A DNA stretch of 43,651 nt from an uncultured Dehalococcoidia bacterium (GTDB lineage Bacteria > Chloroflexota > Dehalococcoidia > Lucifugimonadales > UBA3495). The translations under genes were made by a program, and so were the position numbers. Location of the stretch: contig CATMOE010000029.1 in the NCBI GenBank assembly GCA_950072105.1, positions 1 through 43,651 of the forward strand, given 5' to 3'. Positions 26,969 through 36,498 of this stretch are shown here, piece after piece. Within the stretch, counting starts at the first letter, position 1, and every line of letters begins with the position of its first letter. Below the pieces are notes generated by a model. That model was not told the DNA's origin. It ran no database searches and saw only the letters and a list, made by a program, of their open reading frames with translations.

Positions 26969-28081
26969 TTACTCGACCAATACTCTCACCCGTTGGGCCA
27001 TGTTGTTCCCCATTCCCTGGGCGTTCCAAAACTGCTCGATCGGTTGTACGTTTTCCTCAGTGTCGGTGGCCCGTACCGATAGAGTGTGCCATCCCGGGAC
27101 GGCATTCCAGTCAAACGACCACTCCCGCCAGGCAAACGTTGAAACCTGTTCACCCAGGGTGGCTACGGACCAAGTTGATCCATCGTCGACGCTGACTTCC
27201 ACACGGGAGACCCCCAATCGACCGGCCCAAGCCCTGCCGGTTAACGTTTGCTGTCCAGCAGTCATCCATCGCACTCTGGTCATCGTATCGGGAATCCCGG
27301 GCGGGATCATCAGCGCACGGACGCGGATCAACGTCACCGGTTCGCCGGGTTCTTCTGTATCCTGGGTGTAACGGTAGGACTTGGCCATCTGATAACCCTG
27401 GAACTGATCGCCAACCACCTCGATCTTGTCTAGCCATTTGACGCTGGCCATGCCGTACCAGCCGGGCAACAAGAGCCGAAGCGGGTAGCCGTGCTGGGGC
27501 TGGAGGGGCTGGCCGTTCATCTCGTAAACCAGCATCATCTCTTCCCGCATGGATTCTGCAATGTTCAAGCTACGTTGGTAAACCTGCAACACTTCCCCTT
27601 GAATCCCTTGATCCGCTCCGGAGAAAACTATGTTCACGGCTCCGTCCGTGAGACCGGCTTCATCCAAGATCCCCTTCAGAGGAGTACCGGTCCATTCGGC
27701 GGTGCCGATCCCTTCGTTGAACCATGGCTGACTGAAGACACGAGGATTCAGCAAAGCTCGGCCGTTACCGGCGCATTCCATCGTCACTGCCATCGTGCGT
27801 GCCGGCCGCTTCTTGATGTCGTCAAGGCTCAAGCTAAGGGGTTGGGAAACCAGACCTCCCACTTGTAGCTTCCATTGGTCGATGTCGATATCGGGGATAT
27901 CAAAGTGAATGACAAGATAATGCATCCCGGTTGGGGTGACAGGATAGCGCATGATCTCTAGCGGCATGCCTCGGTTGCGTAGGGCAAGTTGTACTTCTTC
28001 CCTGTGAAACAGGTCTGTGGCTTCCCGTTCGCTGGTATCTGGGAGTTTTAAAAACCGGGATGTAGGGTTGTCCAGGGTCAT
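26969..28081 (-). CDS. Sulfite oxidase family molybdopterin oxidoreductase (Moco plus dimerisation domain), no export signal
   Basis: TPTGMHY, Mo-ligand Cys in MECAGNGR, AEWTG, HGYPLRL..PGWYG..SVKWL, RVEVSVDDG and RATD. Confidence 0.92.
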   Translation of the reverse strand: MTLDNPTSRFLKLPDTSEREATDLFHREEVQLALRNRGMPLEIMRYPVTPTGMHYLVIHFDIPDIDIDQWKLQVGGLVSQPLSLSLDDIKKRPARTMAVTMECAGNGRALLNPRVFSQPWFNEGIGTAEWTGTPLKGILDEAGLTDGAVNIVFSGADQGIQGEVLQVYQRSLNIAESMREEMMLVYEMNGQPLQPQHGYPLRLLLPGWYGMASVKWLDKIEVVGDQFQGYQMAKSYRYTQDTEEPGEPVTLIRVRALMIPPGIPDTMTRVRWMTAGQQTLTGRAWAGRLGVSRVEVSVDDGSTWSVATLGEQVSTFAWREWSFDWNAVPGWHTLSVRATDTEENVQPIEQFWNAQGMGNNMAQRVRVLVE

Positions 28082-28494
28082 GTTCCACCTCGTAATCACT
28101 GATCGGGCTACGCCGTCAGTTTACTATCCTAACTGGGAATTCCGCGTTTTGGAAGAACCCGCGACTCGTGCGACAAGCCCATCTGGCCGGCTCTCGAAAG
28201 ACTGAAGGGATATTGTTTCGCGTCTGATTTATTGTTGATTGGGTGCTGCCATTAACGTATCATCGCTTTAGCCGGGCATTATCCCATAATCGGCCGGCGG
28301 CATCGCTGGACCTGATTCGCACGATAGAAAGAGGCGCGGAATGAGCGGCCCTTCACAACCTCACCGTACATCGAAACCAACCCCTACGACGAGCCGGTTG
28401 AAGCTATATCGTCTTGATGTGCAGACAATATCGTCGTGAATATTCAAGAGTGAGAAGCCCTAACGGGCGCAACGCCGCTTTTCAGCGAATAGTG

Positions 28495-29118
28495 ATGGAG
28501 CTGCGTTTTCGCCGTTTACATCTGATGACCCTTGTCATGTTCCTGGTCGTTCCGGCTTTGATTTCGTGTAATACCGGCCAGACTCCGGCAACGCCTCATA
28601 TACCGCCCTCCGCGACCGTCATCCCACCGGTAGCGCCACAGTCTGCCACTCCGGCGCCGCTTGCCTCCAGAATCGATGGCTTGGACGATTGCCTCCAAAC
28701 TATCGATGTCTCCACCCATTTCCATGTCCAACTGACCATCACCCTCCACGGCCGCATCTTGCCGATTCCCTCAGGGATCGGGATCGATAGAGGTTGCTTC
28801 AATCGAATACACACCCACGCCGGGAGCGGCGTTATCCATGTTGAACATGCTATATCGGAGTCTTTCACCCTGGAAGACTTCTTCTTAGTGGGTCAGCGCT
28901 CGGAAGAGTTCAACCCCCTGGCCGGCCGGCGGGTGATCCGGGTATTGGTCGACGGCAAACAGTACCCCTTCGATTATCTGACCATACCACTGCGAGACGG
29001 GCTCGACGTCCGCCTCGACCTCGTCCGGCAGATCTCGGCAAGAAGGACGGAGGGTGGGGGCAAGATTCTTGCTCGGCGCTCCTCCATTCGCCACGTGAAT
29101 CTCTCACGATACGATTGA
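28495..29118 (+). CDS. Hypothetical His-rich lipoprotein; start uncertain (28495 or 28525)
   Basis: Hydrophobic N-terminus ending LISC and a Pro/Thr linker, then HFH...IPSGIG...C...IHTH..SGVIHVE...FTLEDFF. Confidence 0.65.
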   Translation: MELRFRRLHLMTLVMFLVVPALISCNTGQTPATPHIPPSATVIPPVAPQSATPAPLASRIDGLDDCLQTIDVSTHFHVQLTITLHGRILPIPSGIGIDRGCFNRIHTHAGSGVIHVEHAISESFTLEDFFLVGQRSEEFNPLAGRRVIRVLVDGKQYPFDYLTIPLRDGLDVRLDLVRQISARRTEGGGKILARRSSIRHVNLSRYD

Positions 29119-29187
29119 CAATCGATGTGGATGATACTTACCCTGTTTATCCGTATCCCGGAAATCTAGGGCTTACCAAAGGCGCGT

Positions 29188-29775
29188 ATGGCAGAGTCAG
29201 ACCGTATCAAATGGGACCAGAGGTTTGCGCGATCCAATGAGATTGATATAGCGCCGCCGAACTGGCTCAAGGAAGTTGAGGCTTCGCTACCCCAGCAAGG
29301 TTACGCGCTGGATATCGCGGCAGGCGCCGGGCGCTTGGCGATCTGGCTGGCAAGCCGGGGACTAGATGTGCTGGCGGTGGATATCTCACGGACCGGGCTG
29401 GAACTGGCGCGCCAAGGAGCCGCGGCCAAGGGGTTGCAGATCGAAACCCTGGCAGAAGACTTGGAAGCTGAGCCGTTGCCTGAAGGCCCATTTGACGTGA
29501 TTACCTGCTTCAACTACCGCCAACGCGGCCTGTTCCCTTTGATACGCGAGCGTCTGAAGGTTGGGGGATTTTTTCTGTCTGAAGTCGCAACCGTTTCCAA
29601 CTTGGAGCGCCACGCCCACCCATCCCTGAAGTACTTGGCTGAGCAGGGAGAGTTACGCCAAGATTGTGCCCCGCTGGAGATTGTGTACTACCGTGAAGGC
29701 TGGTCAGACGACCGCGCCTCGGCACGTGTACTTGCCCGTAAGATTTCTTGTCACATATCGGAGGCGCCAATATGA
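29188..29775 (+). CDS. Class I SAM-dependent methyltransferase (TehB-like)
   Basis: DRIKWDQRF, ALDIAAGAGR, AVDIS and FDVITCFNY. Its stop overlaps the next start (ATGA). Confidence 0.88.
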   Translation: MAESDRIKWDQRFARSNEIDIAPPNWLKEVEASLPQQGYALDIAAGAGRLAIWLASRGLDVLAVDISRTGLELARQGAAAKGLQIETLAEDLEAEPLPEGPFDVITCFNYRQRGLFPLIRERLKVGGFFLSEVATVSNLERHAHPSLKYLAEQGELRQDCAPLEIVYYREGWSDDRASARVLARKISCHISEAPI

Positions 29776-32700
29776 CAGAGGACCGAGTTTCCCAATCCCA
29801 AGGGAACGGCATCACCGCGATCGACCCGATGACCGCCATGCGATGGCGCTGCATCGGCCCGCCCAGGGGAGGCCGTGTGGTCGCGGTGGCCGGGGACCCG
29901 GAGGATCCGGCGGTCTTCTACTTCGGCGCCTGCGCCGGTGGTGTCTGGAAAACCTCTGACGCCGGAACTTATTGGGAGAACGTGAGCGACGGGTTCTTTC
30001 GCACCTCAGCTGTAGGCGCTATCGCCGTCGCCGACTCCGACCACAACGTCATCTACGCAGGTATGGGTGAGTCGTGCATACGAGGGGACGTCTCTTATGG
30101 GGATGGCGTTTACAGATCCACCGACGGAGGCAAAACCTGGACTCACTTGGGGCTAGAAGACACCCGGCACATCGCCCGGATCAGAGTCCATCCCGAACAC
30201 GCCGACATTGTGTACGTTGCCGCTCTAGGCCATGCATTTGGTCCTAACAGCCAGCGCGGCGTTTTTAGGTCCCATGATGGTGGAAAGTCGTGGGATAAAG
30301 TGCTGTTCCTCAGTGAAGAAGCCGGCGCCATCGACCTCTCCTTGGATGCAACAAATCCCCGAATCCTATACGCAGCGATGTGGGAAGCCCACCGAACGCC
30401 GTGGAGTTTGGTTAGTGGAGGCCCCGGCAGCGGGATTTACAAATCTACTGACGGCGGGGATTCCTGGCAAGAACTAACCGGGAACCCTGGACTGCCTCAA
30501 GGCCTGAAAGGGCGCATCGGGATCGCGGCGTCGCCGGCCAGATCGGGCCGGGTATGGGCGACTGTCGAGTCCGAAGACGCCGCCCTATATAGGTCAGACG
30601 ACGCCGGCGCCACCTGGGAAAAAGTGAGCGACAACCAGGACATCCAAGGGCGTCCTTGGTATTACCAGCACATCTTCGCCGATCCTCAAGATTCCGATAC
30701 TGTGTGGGTCCTCAACTATCAGACTTGGAAGTCCACCGACGGCGGGAAGAACTTCGATCAGGTGACCACACCCCATGGCGACAACCACGACCTTTGGATC
30801 GACCCAAGAAACCCTCGTCGAATGATTGAAGGCAACGACGGCGGCGCCTGCGTTAGCTTAAACGGCGGAGAAACCTGGTCTACCATTTACAACCAGCTTA
30901 CTGCACAGTTCTACCATGTGGCCACCGACAATGAGTTCCCCTACCGGGTATACGGCACGCAGCAGGACAATTCGGCCATCTCCGTTCCTTCCCGCACCCA
31001 CAAAGGAGCGATTCCCTGGGGCGACTGCTACACCGTCGGCAATTCGGAGAGTGGCCACATCGCCGTCCACCCCCAGGATCCCAACATCGTTGTCTCCGGC
31101 GCCGTGGGAAGTTCGGCGGGAGGCGGCGGTAACTTGGTGCGGTACGACCATGCCACCGGCCAGGTCAGGATCATTACCGTATGGCCGGAGTTGGGTACAG
31201 GCCGAGGCGCCAACGAGATGAAGCACCGTTTCCAGTGGACCTTCCCCGTCCAGTTTTCTCCTCACGACCCGGACATCTTATACGTAGCCGGCAATCTGGT
31301 GTTCCGTTCCACCGACCAAGGGAGCACCTGGGAGCCCATCAGCCCCGATCTAACCCGTGCTGATACTTCAAAGATGGAAACTTCAGGGGGGCCGATCACC
31401 AAAGACACCTCGGGTGCGGAGACCTACGGTACGATCTTCGCGTTCGTGGAATCCCCCCATGAGCCGGGGGTTTTCTGGGCGGGCAGCGACGACGGATTGG
31501 TCCACATTTCCAGAGATGCCGGCAAGACGTGGAACGACATCACTCCCATAGACCTCCCGGAGTGGACCCTTATCAACATGATCGAGGTCTCTCCCCACAC
31601 CCCTGCCACGGCCTACATGGCCGCCACCAGATACAAACTGGACGAAACCAGGCCCATGCTCTACAAGACATCGGATTATGGCCAGAGTTGGACCGATATT
31701 TCACAAGGAATCCCTGAAAGCGACTACACAAGGGTCATCAGGGAGGATCCGGGCCGCCGAGGATTGTTGTACGTTGGCACCGAGACCGGCGTTTACGTCT
31801 CTTACGACGATGGCGGCGCCTGGTCGCCTTTGCAAGGGAATCTGCCCACCGTACCCATCTACGACCTGGCCGTCAAAGATAATGACTTAATCGCCGCCAC
31901 CCACGGCCGGAGCTTCTGGATCTTGGACGATCTGACTACCCTGCATCAGCTTACCAACGAATTGGCGGGGTCACCGGTCCAACTGCTGCAACCCCGCACC
32001 TCGATCCGGCTTCGTTCGCCCGCCGCTTCCCGTAAACCTTCCAAGGGCAAGCATTATCGCTTGTCCCTAGGGGCCGACGTCACATACACCGAAAAAAAGG
32101 GCCCCGGCGGTGAAACAGTGCGCCAATTCCTGGATGCGGGCGAAAATCCGCCGCAAGGCGTGATCGTTACCTACTATCTGAAGGAAGCCCCAGAAGGACA
32201 GGTAACCCTGAAGGTTTGGGACAACCACGATCAGCTGATAAATACGTTCACCAGCACCGATCCAGAGAATCAGTCCGGCGACGGGGACCAGGAGCCACGG
32301 CTTCCCGCGGTGTCCGGTATAAACCGGTTCGTGTGGAACATGCGCTACCCAGACGCCAGGAAAGTGCCCGGAGACAAAACTACGGAAGACATGACCACCG
32401 GCCCGACGGCCCCGCCGGGAGACTACCGGATTAGCCTATCCGTCGACGGCACGGAACAAACCCGGGAATTTCAGATCGTCAAAGACCCTCGGGTGGCCGC
32501 CAGCCAGGCCGATTTTGACTCCCAGTTTGACCTGCACCTCAGCATCCGGGACAAGTTGTCTGAGACTCACGACTCTATCAACAAGCTTCGTAACATCCGG
32601 CGTCAGGTGGAGGAGTGGGAGCAGAGGGCCGAGTCCCACTCCTCGGCAGAGGCGGTGGCGAGCGCGGCGATTCCCTTGAAAGAAAAACTGGCGGCGATCG

Positions 32701-32987
32701 AAAACGAGTTGGTGCAGGTGGACCACAAAGGGGCGCGGGACCGGCTAAATCTGCCGGTGAAGTTGAACCGCAAGCTGGCCGAAGTCATCGCCGTGGTGGC
32801 AAGCGCCGACTTTGCGCCCCCAAAACAGGCCGGTGAGGTGTTCCAGGATCTTTCCACTCGTATCGACGTCCAGATCAAGCTTCTGGAAGATGTGGTCGAG
32901 AATGACGTCTTCCAGTTCGTAAACCTGGTAGAGGAGTTGGGTATTCCCGCTATCATTCCCAGCGCCGCTCCTCCCGCCGGGTCCTAG
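29772..32987 (+). CDS. Large VPS10/sortilin-like BNR (Asp-box) repeat beta-propeller protein, glycosyl-hydrolase-like
   Basis: WRCIGPPRGGR, many S-x-D-x-G-x-T/S-W Asp boxes, HGDNHDLWID, GTQQDN and ATHGRSFWILDD. Start at 29772 after GGAGG. Confidence 0.88.
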   Translation: MTEDRVSQSQGNGITAIDPMTAMRWRCIGPPRGGRVVAVAGDPEDPAVFYFGACAGGVWKTSDAGTYWENVSDGFFRTSAVGAIAVADSDHNVIYAGMGESCIRGDVSYGDGVYRSTDGGKTWTHLGLEDTRHIARIRVHPEHADIVYVAALGHAFGPNSQRGVFRSHDGGKSWDKVLFLSEEAGAIDLSLDATNPRILYAAMWEAHRTPWSLVSGGPGSGIYKSTDGGDSWQELTGNPGLPQGLKGRIGIAASPARSGRVWATVESEDAALYRSDDAGATWEKVSDNQDIQGRPWYYQHIFADPQDSDTVWVLNYQTWKSTDGGKNFDQVTTPHGDNHDLWIDPRNPRRMIEGNDGGACVSLNGGETWSTIYNQLTAQFYHVATDNEFPYRVYGTQQDNSAISVPSRTHKGAIPWGDCYTVGNSESGHIAVHPQDPNIVVSGAVGSSAGGGGNLVRYDHATGQVRIITVWPELGTGRGANEMKHRFQWTFPVQFSPHDPDILYVAGNLVFRSTDQGSTWEPISPDLTRADTSKMETSGGPITKDTSGAETYGTIFAFVESPHEPGVFWAGSDDGLVHISRDAGKTWNDITPIDLPEWTLINMIEVSPHTPATAYMAATRYKLDETRPMLYKTSDYGQSWTDISQGIPESDYTRVIREDPGRRGLLYVGTETGVYVSYDDGGAWSPLQGNLPTVPIYDLAVKDNDLIAATHGRSFWILDDLTTLHQLTNELAGSPVQLLQPRTSIRLRSPAASRKPSKGKHYRLSLGADVTYTEKKGPGGETVRQFLDAGENPPQGVIVTYYLKEAPEGQVTLKVWDNHDQLINTFTSTDPENQSGDGDQEPRLPAVSGINRFVWNMRYPDARKVPGDKTTEDMTTGPTAPPGDYRISLSVDGTEQTREFQIVKDPRVAASQADFDSQFDLHLSIRDKLSETHDSINKLRNIRRQVEEWEQRAESHSSAEAVASAAIPLKEKLAAIENELVQVDHKGARDRLNLPVKLNRKLAEVIAVVASADFAPPKQAGEVFQDLSTRIDVQIKLLEDVVENDVFQFVNLVEELGIPAIIPSAAPPAGS

Positions 32988-33054
32988 ATGGAGTCTGGCG
33001 GAACGGAGCGTAACTATTACTGTTTCTAGATGATTTTGATGCATGGACCGACAA

Positions 33055-33123
33055 CTCTCCCCCGTCAAAGGAAAGAGACCAAATCCCTTCCCCCTCGACG
33101 GGGGAAGGTTAGGATGGGGGTGA
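33055..33123. repeat. CCCTCTCC/GGAGAGGG-type repeat (copy 3)
   Basis: Hairpin CCTTCCCCC-TCGAC-GGGGGAAGG with tail TTAGGATGGGGGTGA, preceded by the degenerate inverted partner CTCTCCCCCGTCAAAGGAAAGAG. Confidence 0.75.
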
Positions 33124-33301
33124 AGCCGTAGGCATCAATTTCAGATTGACGCAGTACTAGTACTCGGGGCCGTACGCGTAATGAACTCATCGGCAGACGC
33201 ATGAAAAAAAGAGCATGTTGCCGAAAAGCGGTACCATGCCCTATCATCCACAGGTTGATGCTTGCCCGCGTACTTAATATCGATACCACAAAGGAGTAGC
33301 T

Positions 33302-33529
33302 CTGTACTCGCTGATTCGAGTTCTACCGCTGCGGCGTTTACTCTCGGAGCAGGCCCCGGCTTTCGGGTCATCCTTGCTCATCGCCGAGCTGTTTTACAAA
33401 TTCCACAGCTTCCTCTTGGAAACCGGTGCGTTTCTCGCGACGTGGTTCGTGGTTGACATGGTGCTGTCAAGCGTGATGCAGCGATTACGCCGTAGTCGCG
33501 TCACGGCAACGATTTCTGATTCCCCGTAG
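33302..33529 (+). CDS. Small 75-aa membrane protein with CTG at the start position
   Basis: AAGGAG 5 nt upstream. Translation (M)YSLIRVLPLRRLLSEQAPAFGSSLLIAELFYKFHSFLLETGAFLATWFVVDMVLSSVMQRLRRSRVTATISDSP. An in-frame TAA at 33275 rules out any upstream standard start. Confidence 0.6.
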   Translation: MYSLIRVLPLRRLLSEQAPAFGSSLLIAELFYKFHSFLLETGAFLATWFVVDMVLSSVMQRLRRSRVTATISDSP

Positions 33530-33622
33530 ATAGGGAATGCCCGTTCCTGCCGTTGGCGGAAAATAAGCGAACGCGTACTGGTGCTGTTTGGTGGGAGCCA
33601 TCTGCCGGCTGAGGAGAAACCC

Positions 33623-34654
33623 ATGAATCCAATGACGACTGGCGTCTTGCTCTTGGGCGAATTGCCTGCTAATGAACTAGCATCGCTGGCCCGCCGGATC
33701 GAGGAATGGGGGTATGACTACCTTTGGCTTGGGGATGAGCGATTCTTCCGCGAAGTGTACTCCAGCCTTACTTTATGCGCGTTGAACACTTCCCGAATCA
33801 AGCTGGGACCATGCGTCACCGACCCATATTCCAGGCATCCAGCATTGACCGCTCAGGCGATCGGCACGCTGGACGAGATCTCCGGCGGCCGGGCAGTCCT
33901 GGGTATCGGAGCTGGGATATCGGGATTCGCCGAGCTTGGGATAGCCCGGTCCCGGCCAGCCCTGGCGATCCGGGAGGCGGTAACACTGATCCAAGCCCTC
34001 ATGAGAGGCGAAGAGGTTGATTTTCAGGGCCGCACCGTGGAATTCAAGGGTGGGGGCCTCAATTTTTCCCCTCTCAGGCCTGACTTACCGATCTACATCG
34101 CCAGCAATTCACCCTTGGGACTTCAACTTGCCGGGGAAGTGGCCGATGGAGCCATAATTTCTAGCTGCGCGAGCCAGGCTACCGTGGACTATTCCCTAGG
34201 CATTATCAGCGAAGGCGCTTCTAGAACGAACCGGGACACTGCCGCCATCGACCGGGTAGCACGCCTCAATTGCTGTATCGCCGCAGACTCTCAGGAAGCG
34301 CTGCAAGGGGTAAGAATGTCCGCGGTTCGATCTTTATCCACCTACACCCGCTTCGCTATCGCGGCTGGGTTAGAAGTTACCCCTGGTCTGATAGACGCGG
34401 TCGCCCAATTAGGCTACACCCATGACACCCAGAAATTGGAAACTCTGGCCAGGCAGGCGCCAGATGATCTCATACGAGACGCCACGCTTGCCGGAACGGT
34501 AGAAGAAGTTACCGCTAAAGTCGTGAGCATGATCGAGTGGGGAATAACTCAGGTAACGATCCGAGCGTCCGCGACTCCCCGCCAAGGCATCGCCACGACG
34601 CTGGAGGCCTTCGCCACCGAAGTAATGCCTCAGGTACGCGAACAACTCCGCTGA
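33623..34654 (+). CDS. LLM class flavin-dependent oxidoreductase, Mer-like
   Basis: GYDYLWLGDE, NTSRIKLG, DPYSRHP, LDEISGGRAVLGIGAG and LAGEVADG. Start after GAGGAG. Confidence 0.9.
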   Translation: MNPMTTGVLLLGELPANELASLARRIEEWGYDYLWLGDERFFREVYSSLTLCALNTSRIKLGPCVTDPYSRHPALTAQAIGTLDEISGGRAVLGIGAGISGFAELGIARSRPALAIREAVTLIQALMRGEEVDFQGRTVEFKGGGLNFSPLRPDLPIYIASNSPLGLQLAGEVADGAIISSCASQATVDYSLGIISEGASRTNRDTAAIDRVARLNCCIAADSQEALQGVRMSAVRSLSTYTRFAIAAGLEVTPGLIDAVAQLGYTHDTQKLETLARQAPDDLIRDATLAGTVEEVTAKVVSMIEWGITQVTIRASATPRQGIATTLEAFATEVMPQVREQLR

Positions 34655-34730
34655 CGGTGAATAAGGAACGGGCGCGCTCACAAGTCCAGACCCTGGAGCG
34701 GGGTCCGGGCATCCGAGTCAGACGACGCCT

Positions 34731-36455
34731 TTAGCTCAAGTCATCGCTGAAGCTATACGGCGCTTTGGGACGTCCGCCTTCGGGCAGCCCGATGGGCAGA
34801 TGGACGTTCAGCAGGAAGGGACGCTTCTCATCCTCCACCATTTTAAGCCCATGCTCAATGGCTCTGGCGATACTCGATTCGTCAGTGGCGTCCATGGCCT
34901 CGACGCCAAAGCTTTCCGATAGTTTGACCGGGTCTATGTTGTCTAGGACGACGCCCCGGTAATCGCCAGTCCGTTTCATGTCGGCATCCGCACCGCCAAA
35001 GGCCCCTGCCACGATTCCGTATGCCCCGTTGTTGGAGATTACGTAAAGTACTGGAATATTGTGGCTCGCAGCCGTCCAGAGAGCGGAGTCAGAGTAGTAA
35101 AGGGAACCGTCGCCCACGAGACCGACGACCGGTTTGCCGGGAGCGCCGAGCTTCGCTCCGATGGCGGCGCCCATGCCGTAACCTTCCGAGCCACCGGCGG
35201 GTCTGATGTACTCGTTGTTGCCGGCATCCCCGGTGTTCTCAAGTATGTCTTGGGCGACGGCGAATTGCTCAATGGTCACCAGCCCACCGCCGATCCGCTC
35301 CAGGGCCTTGTCTAGAGCGTCCGCGAGTACATATGGACGCACCTTGCCCTGCTGTTGTGGGATCGATCGGGCGGCGTCCCGCCGCCGGGCGCGGAGTGAT
35401 GCAGCCTCTTCTCTTGCCCACGCTCGACGGTCCGCGAGATCGTCCGAAGGGGAGTCGGTTAGCTCGAGTAGGCGCTGGGCCGTTCGTTTTTCGTCGGCGA
35501 GGACCGCGAGGTCCAAGCCTGGGATATTTTGGAGATTTTCGACGTCTGAGCCTACAGCGATGATGCGTTCGGCGTTGAAGAAGGCGGAATAGTCGTCGGC
35601 GGTACCGGCGCCGTTGTGGCGCACGCCGAAACAAAGGATAAGGTCGGGGTCGATATCGCCTGCCTGCTCAAGACGGCGTCCGCCACAGTGGAGCGGATGC
35701 TTGATGGAGACCCCGCGCAACTCCCCCACAACTGGAATGCCAAAGCGCTCGGCCAGGGCCGTCACTTCGGCGTCGGCGCCGCTTTTCCAGATACCGTCGC
35801 CAGTGTACAGGACGGGACGTTTAGCATCGCGTAAGGCTTGGGCGATCTTCTCAACGTCACTATCGGATGGGTAGCCCGTGCGGATCTCCGGCAGGTCACC
35901 CTCGATAATGTTTGCGGTGTACTGCTCCGGACCGAGCAACCGGTCATAGACCGCCAGGTGGACCGGGCCGACCGGTGGAGTCATGGCAACCCGCAGCGCG
36001 CGCTCAATGGCAGCCGGCAGTCCTTCAGGCTCGATCACCGTCCAGCTGGCCTTGGTCATCGGGGCGCTGATGGCGGTTGGGCCGGCATTGTGGGTAAGGT
36101 CCAGGCTTATCCTATCCGCAAAGCTGCCGGTGTCTCCGGCGAAAGTAATCACGACGACCGGCAAGCTGCCCGTCCAAACGTTGATCAGCTGTCCCATGCA
36201 CTGGGCCAGGCCCGCTCCCAGGTGAACGACCATAACGCCCGGCACCAGGTTGGCCTGGGTGTAGCCCCCGGCCATGGCGGTAACCGTGCCTTCATGGAGT
36301 CCCAGGATGCCGTGGATATCAGACCGCGAGTGGAGCTCGTTGAAGAACAGAGCTTCGCGCGAACCTGAGTTGTTGAAGACGTATTTGACTCCCGAAGCTA
36401 CGAGTTGCTCGACCATAAGGTGGGACGCATTGGCTGTCATTTGCCTAGTTGGCAT
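34731..36455 (-). CDS. Thiamine diphosphate-dependent enzyme (benzoylformate decarboxylase-like)
   Basis: Catalytic Glu in GLHEG; ThDP motif GDGS...NNGAYG. Confidence 0.88.
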   Translation of the reverse strand: MPTRQMTANASHLMVEQLVASGVKYVFNNSGSREALFFNELHSRSDIHGILGLHEGTVTAMAGGYTQANLVPGVMVVHLGAGLAQCMGQLINVWTGSLPVVVITFAGDTGSFADRISLDLTHNAGPTAISAPMTKASWTVIEPEGLPAAIERALRVAMTPPVGPVHLAVYDRLLGPEQYTANIIEGDLPEIRTGYPSDSDVEKIAQALRDAKRPVLYTGDGIWKSGADAEVTALAERFGIPVVGELRGVSIKHPLHCGGRRLEQAGDIDPDLILCFGVRHNGAGTADDYSAFFNAERIIAVGSDVENLQNIPGLDLAVLADEKRTAQRLLELTDSPSDDLADRRAWAREEAASLRARRRDAARSIPQQQGKVRPYVLADALDKALERIGGGLVTIEQFAVAQDILENTGDAGNNEYIRPAGGSEGYGMGAAIGAKLGAPGKPVVGLVGDGSLYYSDSALWTAASHNIPVLYVISNNGAYGIVAGAFGGADADMKRTGDYRGVVLDNIDPVKLSESFGVEAMDATDESSIARAIEHGLKMVEDEKRPFLLNVHLPIGLPEGGRPKAPYSFSDDLS

Positions 36456-36498
36456 CGTTAACTCTCCTCAGTTGGCTATCTATCTCTAGATCGAATAT

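Noticed and set aside
29115..29140. Promoter TTGACA...GATACT upstream of the methyltransferase
   Set aside because: The spacing (12 nt) is too short for a confident sigma70 call.
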